Source: Sulfurimonadaceae bacterium (GTDB taxonomy: Bacteria > Campylobacterota > Campylobacteria > Campylobacterales > Sulfurimonadaceae). From it: 10,136 nucleotides of DNA. This document shows, piece by piece, positions 6,894 to 10,136 of this stretch. The notes under the pieces were generated by a model, which was given only the letters and a program-made list of their open reading frames with translations, was not told the origin of the DNA and made no database searches. Both the position numbers and the translations under genes were made by a program. The stretch is from positions 1-10,136 of the forward strand of contig JBFEXS010000080.1 of assembly GCA_041562555.1 (NCBI GenBank), written 5' to 3'. Every line of letters begins with the position of its first letter. Within the stretch, counting starts at the first letter, position 1.

Positions 6894-8180
6894 TCTTTGC
6901 CTGAAACAATATGTCTGCTTAATGTTCTGTTTGAATTGTGGCAGGATGGGGTAGGGCGAACTGACATCCTGCAGGCCTCTTGCACTGAATCGGCTTGAAG
7001 GATTCCATAGCATCCATCCGCTGCACGAAGCGTGCTCTGCTCCTTTGATCTGAGCAGAAACCTCCTTGGATCTGAAGAACTTCTTGTCAAATCCGTAATC
7101 TTTGAATGATTGAAGCCAGGGTCTTAAGCGCGAAGCGGATATGTCAGCACGCTTGAGCGCTTCTTTGATGCTTTCATTGATGATTTCATAGGGATGGTCT
7201 GTCGGGTCTTTGTAGCCTAAGATGCCCACACCAAAGCCGGACGGATAAAGCATGGGAGCGATATAGTCACTGTTCTCAGAAAGACTTTTGATCGTGTGTC
7301 CAATTCCGGTGTCCCCTCTGTTCCAGCATACATAACCATAGGTGTCGACAGAAGTGTAGACGTTGTAGTCTTTAAGCTTGGCATTGGCTGTTTGTAAAAA
7401 TGTGTTGATTGCTTCAATGCGGTTTTTTTGGTTGGACTCTTTTTCATAGACAAGCCCTTCCTTGAGAGGAAACCGTACATAATCAAAGTTTATCTCATCA
7501 AAACCATGAGAGGCCGCATCTTTTGCGATGTCAGAGACATATTCATGTACGGAATGTTCAAATGGGCTGACCCAGGCCAGATTCTCTTTATTTCGCCAGA
7601 CCGTACCGTTTGCATCTTTTAAGGCATATGCATCATAATGTTTGGCCAGTCTGTCATCCTTAAAGACAACGACTCTTCCAATGACGTACAAGCCTTTGTC
7701 TTTTAATTTTTTTATAAACAGATCAATGTCTTTTATTGTTCGCTGGCTATGTGCACCTATTTGTCGTGTAAGGGGAACATCTGTCTGGTAAGAGAGATCA
7801 CCAAACTCATTTTTTATATCAACAATCACCGTGTTTATCTCGGTCTCTTTGACCAGTTTTAGTATTTTATTCATATATTTGGATGAACCTGCCGCCCAGA
7901 AAGAGACGTAGAGTGCTTTAGGGTTGAAGGGCTCTAACAATACGGTCTTATTGGTAAGACCAACACTTGTCTGTCTATATCCATGGGCCTTAACATAGAG
8001 TTGCTCTGTCTCATCAATGAGGATTTCGGCAATACCGTCTATATTGCTTTTAACACTGCATTTTTGATTGCTGACAGTTGCATTTTCAATAGGTGAAAGT
8101 GTGTTTTTATCTAAAACAAATAATTGTTTTGTGGCCGCAAAGAGGTTCAGGGAAATTAAAAAAAGTAATAAAAGTTTCAT
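6873..8180 (-). CDS. Secreted putative glycoside hydrolase (DUF4015-like TIM barrel) with N-terminal carboxypeptidase-regulatory-like beta domain
   Basis: Sec signal MKLLLLFLISLNLFA; motifs KALYVS, NTVIVDIK..FG, IGRVVVFKD, WVSPF, GFDEINFDYVRFP, DYIAPMLYPS, RPWLQSF, GWMLWNP. Confidence 0.85.
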   Translation of the reverse strand: MKLLLLFLISLNLFAATKQLFVLDKNTLSPIENATVSNQKCSVKSNIDGIAEILIDETEQLYVKAHGYRQTSVGLTNKTVLLEPFNPKALYVSFWAAGSSKYMNKILKLVKETEINTVIVDIKNEFGDLSYQTDVPLTRQIGAHSQRTIKDIDLFIKKLKDKGLYVIGRVVVFKDDRLAKHYDAYALKDANGTVWRNKENLAWVSPFEHSVHEYVSDIAKDAASHGFDEINFDYVRFPLKEGLVYEKESNQKNRIEAINTFLQTANAKLKDYNVYTSVDTYGYVCWNRGDTGIGHTIKSLSENSDYIAPMLYPSGFGVGILGYKDPTDHPYEIINESIKEALKRADISASRLRPWLQSFKDYGFDKKFFRSKEVSAQIKGAEHASCSGWMLWNPSSRFSARGLQDVSSPYPILPQFKQNIKQTYCFRQRLEPLTP

Positions 8181-8256
8181 AATGGTCTCAATAGTTCTAT
8201 CTAAAATATATAAAATCGTATAAGCAAAGCATGTACCGCACTATGGCGAAAAAATA

Positions 8257-8265
8257 TGATATAAT
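8257..8265 (+). promoter_or_regulatory. Extended -10 (TG-A-TATAAT) for the M15 peptidase gene
   Basis: Perfect consensus in the divergent intergenic region, 34 nt before TTG 8300. Confidence 0.7.
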
Positions 8266-8271
8266 GCGTGA

Positions 8272-8277
8272 ATTATA
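8272..8277 (-). promoter_or_regulatory. -10 (TATAAT) on the minus strand, candidate promoter of the glycoside hydrolase
   Basis: Plus-strand ATTATA is a perfect TATAAT on the minus strand, pointing toward ATG 8180. Confidence 0.5.
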
Positions 8278-8299
8278 GCGTAATACCGAGGTTTTGACA

Positions 8300-9130
8300 T
8301 TGAATCGTAGAGATTTTATCACAATTGGATCATCATCTGTACTTTTGGGTTCAACACAGACATTGATGGCCATGCCAGAGACCAATTTGGACCTCTATAT
8401 ACAAGACCAGTTACAACTTGATCACAATCAGTGTCGTAACTTCTCAGATGAATTGACGCACAAGAAGCCTATCATCGCTTCATTTACTGAAAGAGAACTC
8501 CTGCAATCCATCTCTATCAAACTCAAACAGACCCAAAGGCTTGTAGGGTACGGAAACTTTAATCTAATGAGTTTTGACGAGCTTTTGAAAATAGCCAGGA
8601 ACCACAGTAAAGTCGGGACGTTCAGTAAAGCAGAACTCGATTATATTGAGTCTGTCTTTTACATGGAAGCATCCGAGTATGGTTTTTATGGTAAAAAAGT
8701 GACGTATAAGCTAAGTGACAAAATATCGAAGAACGATACGGTCAAGATCCCTTATACCGGACATTATCTCTATAAGGGTGAACCTCATGAGCTTTATGAA
8801 CGTTTGAAAAAAGAGGTCGGTCCTTCAATTGTACTGACATCAGGCGTGCGTTCGGTCGTTAAACAGCTGGACCTGTTTCTGTACAAGGCGAACAAGCTTA
8901 ATGGAAACTATTCGAAGGCTTCGCATTCACTTGCTCCTCCGGGCTATTCTTTTCATGGTGTCAGTGATTTTGATGTAGGAAAAGTAGGGTTGGGATATAA
9001 GAACTTCACCTCTGCTTTTGCCGGTACCAAAGAATATGAATCACTGCAGAAACTAGGTTACATCTCAATACGTTATCCAAAAAACAACCCATTTGGGGTC
9101 CGTTTTGAACCTTGGCATATAAAAGTATGA
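8300..9130 (+). CDS. Tat-exported M15B (VanY-like) zinc peptidoglycan carboxypeptidase family protein
   Basis: Tat signal MNRRDF...LMA; LTSGVRS, APPGYSFH...D and terminal FEPWH motifs. Start placed at TTG 8300 (8 nt after SD GAGG 8288-8291) rather than 8294 (2 nt after). Confidence 0.85.
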   Translation: MNRRDFITIGSSSVLLGSTQTLMAMPETNLDLYIQDQLQLDHNQCRNFSDELTHKKPIIASFTERELLQSISIKLKQTQRLVGYGNFNLMSFDELLKIARNHSKVGTFSKAELDYIESVFYMEASEYGFYGKKVTYKLSDKISKNDTVKIPYTGHYLYKGEPHELYERLKKEVGPSIVLTSGVRSVVKQLDLFLYKANKLNGNYSKASHSLAPPGYSFHGVSDFDVGKVGLGYKNFTSAFAGTKEYESLQKLGYISIRYPKNNPFGVRFEPWHIKV

Positions 9131-9205
9131 GATTACTTTAGGAGAGCTGCTCACCGGGCACTTTAGTCCGTTGCGTAGAATAATGTTGTAGATCGGTAAA
9201 GAGTG

Positions 9206-10003
9206 TCAAGAAGCGTGTTTGTGCTTTTTGTTCTCATACATCAACGAGTCGGCGATCTCGAGGGTGTCTCTGAAGTTCGATCCGACTTCAAAGCGTGTAA
9301 GTCCAAAGGAGAAAGCTAGATACAGGAGTTCACCATTGGTCGCTTTGAGCTTTTTGTTTAAGAGATCTTCCTGAAGTTTTTTAAACCTCATGTAGCACTC
9401 TTCCATATGCTCATTCTTTGTAATGATAATAAACTCGTCACCTGCGTATCTGATAACATCCATTCCTTTGAGATTGTTCTTTAAGAAGTTTGCAAGATAT
9501 TGTAAGACTTTATCACCGATTACATGTCCATGCAGATCATTAATGGGTTTAAACTTATCAAGGTCAAGGAATACCAGAATACCACTGTGAATAAACTCTC
9601 CATCGTGTAGCAGATTCTCTATAAGCCATTTGCGATTATATACGCGGGTCAGTGTGTCAGTATGGAGTTGACTCTTTAATGAGCCAAGGGCTGTTTTCAG
9701 GCCCTGTATCTCTTCATTGATGATAGCCAGTTTGTCCAGGTCCTGGTTTTTGATCGCTTCTTGGGCATCGTTGGTTGTACGTTGTAATTCATCCAGGTTG
9801 CAGGAGGTCTTTGCCATGATGTCATTTGCTTCATCCAGCCGATTCTGAGCAGCTTTGTTGACCAGGTCTTCATAATCGACATCGATTTGCATCTCGCGAG
9901 CATGATTATCAAAATGTTCTTTATATGTAGAGGGAAGGATGACCTCGTTCTTGATGACCTCTTTTAAAACTCGGTCAGTTAGCTCGGTAAGTTTATTGGA
10001 CAT
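9206..10003 (-). CDS. Cytoplasmic GGDEF-domain protein (AGDEF variant), probable diguanylate cyclase with N-terminal coiled coil
   Basis: DTLTRVYNR, FLDLDKFKPINDLHGHVIGD, RYAGDEF, FSFG, ADSLMYENK. Start placed at ATG 10003, which follows SD-like AGAAGG; ORF-track start 10018 has no SD. Confidence 0.92.
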   Translation of the reverse strand: MSNKLTELTDRVLKEVIKNEVILPSTYKEHFDNHAREMQIDVDYEDLVNKAAQNRLDEANDIMAKTSCNLDELQRTTNDAQEAIKNQDLDKLAIINEEIQGLKTALGSLKSQLHTDTLTRVYNRKWLIENLLHDGEFIHSGILVFLDLDKFKPINDLHGHVIGDKVLQYLANFLKNNLKGMDVIRYAGDEFIIITKNEHMEECYMRFKKLQEDLLNKKLKATNGELLYLAFSFGLTRFEVGSNFRDTLEIADSLMYENKKHKHAS

Positions 10004-10038
10004 AATCAACCTTCTCATATTAGAATAATTTATGATTG

Positions 10039-10044
10039 ATTATA
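10039..10044 (-). promoter_or_regulatory. Candidate -10 (TATAAT) for the GGDEF gene
   Basis: Minus strand GTTAAC-TATAAT-CAATCA, 35 nt upstream of ATG 10003, in AT-rich DNA. Confidence 0.5.
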
Positions 10045-10136
10045 GTTAACGAATGTTTAGGTAATTCTTTAATGATACATTTGTATAGGATTTTGAAGTG
10101 TTTAAAAAGTTCGAAGCACTGGCATATACCTCTGCA

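Noticed and set aside
6890..8385. Short ORFs overlapping the glycoside hydrolase and the M15 gene start
   Set aside because: Out-of-frame or antisense overlaps; 8197..8385 runs over the promoter region and Tat signal.
9131..9205. Intergenic segment with a weak hairpin (CGGGC-ACTTTA-GTCCG) and faint c-di-GMP-I riboswitch-like words on the minus strand
   Set aside because: Lies between two convergent 3' ends, lacks the GGCAAA/GAAA-tetraloop architecture and has no U-tract; neither riboswitch nor terminator is supportable. An Infernal/Rfam search would settle it.
10045..10136. Possible 3' end of a minus-strand gene, or weak hairpin AGTGTTT...AAGCACT, at the window edge
   Set aside because: Too little sequence to choose a frame; the stem is weak and has no clear U-tail.
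1..10136. CRISPR arrays, tRNA/rRNA genes, IS elements, integrases, long tandem repeats
   Set aside because: None seen; all intergenic gaps are under about 170 nt and I saw no repeated units.

Overview
Gene-dense bacterial chromosomal segment. Protein style and TGnTAnAAT promoters without a clear -35 suggest Campylobacterota (inference). Left to right: 5'-truncated mrdA/PBP2 (+); a convergent minus-strand run of a CaCA-family Ca2+/Na+ antiporter, ybeY and a small YjfB-like protein; a plus-strand chain of overlapping genes (Tat-signal gluconate-2-dehydrogenase-subunit-3-like protein, GMC flavoprotein, queC, YgjP/M48-like HExxH protein); a divergent pair (secreted DUF4015-like glycoside hydrolase, Tat-exported M15 peptidase); and an AGDEF-variant diguanylate cyclase (-). 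I found no RNA gene, CRISPR array or mobile element. The best candidate for something undescribed is the two-subunit periplasmic GMC enzyme: it appears to lack both canonical catalytic residues, keeps a three-Cys Fe-S motif and has no adjacent cytochrome subunit. Other notable items are a symmetric bidirectional -10 pair, a probably leaderless ybeY, and a queC promoter hidden in the GMC 3' end. All family calls come from motif recognition by eye, not database searches.
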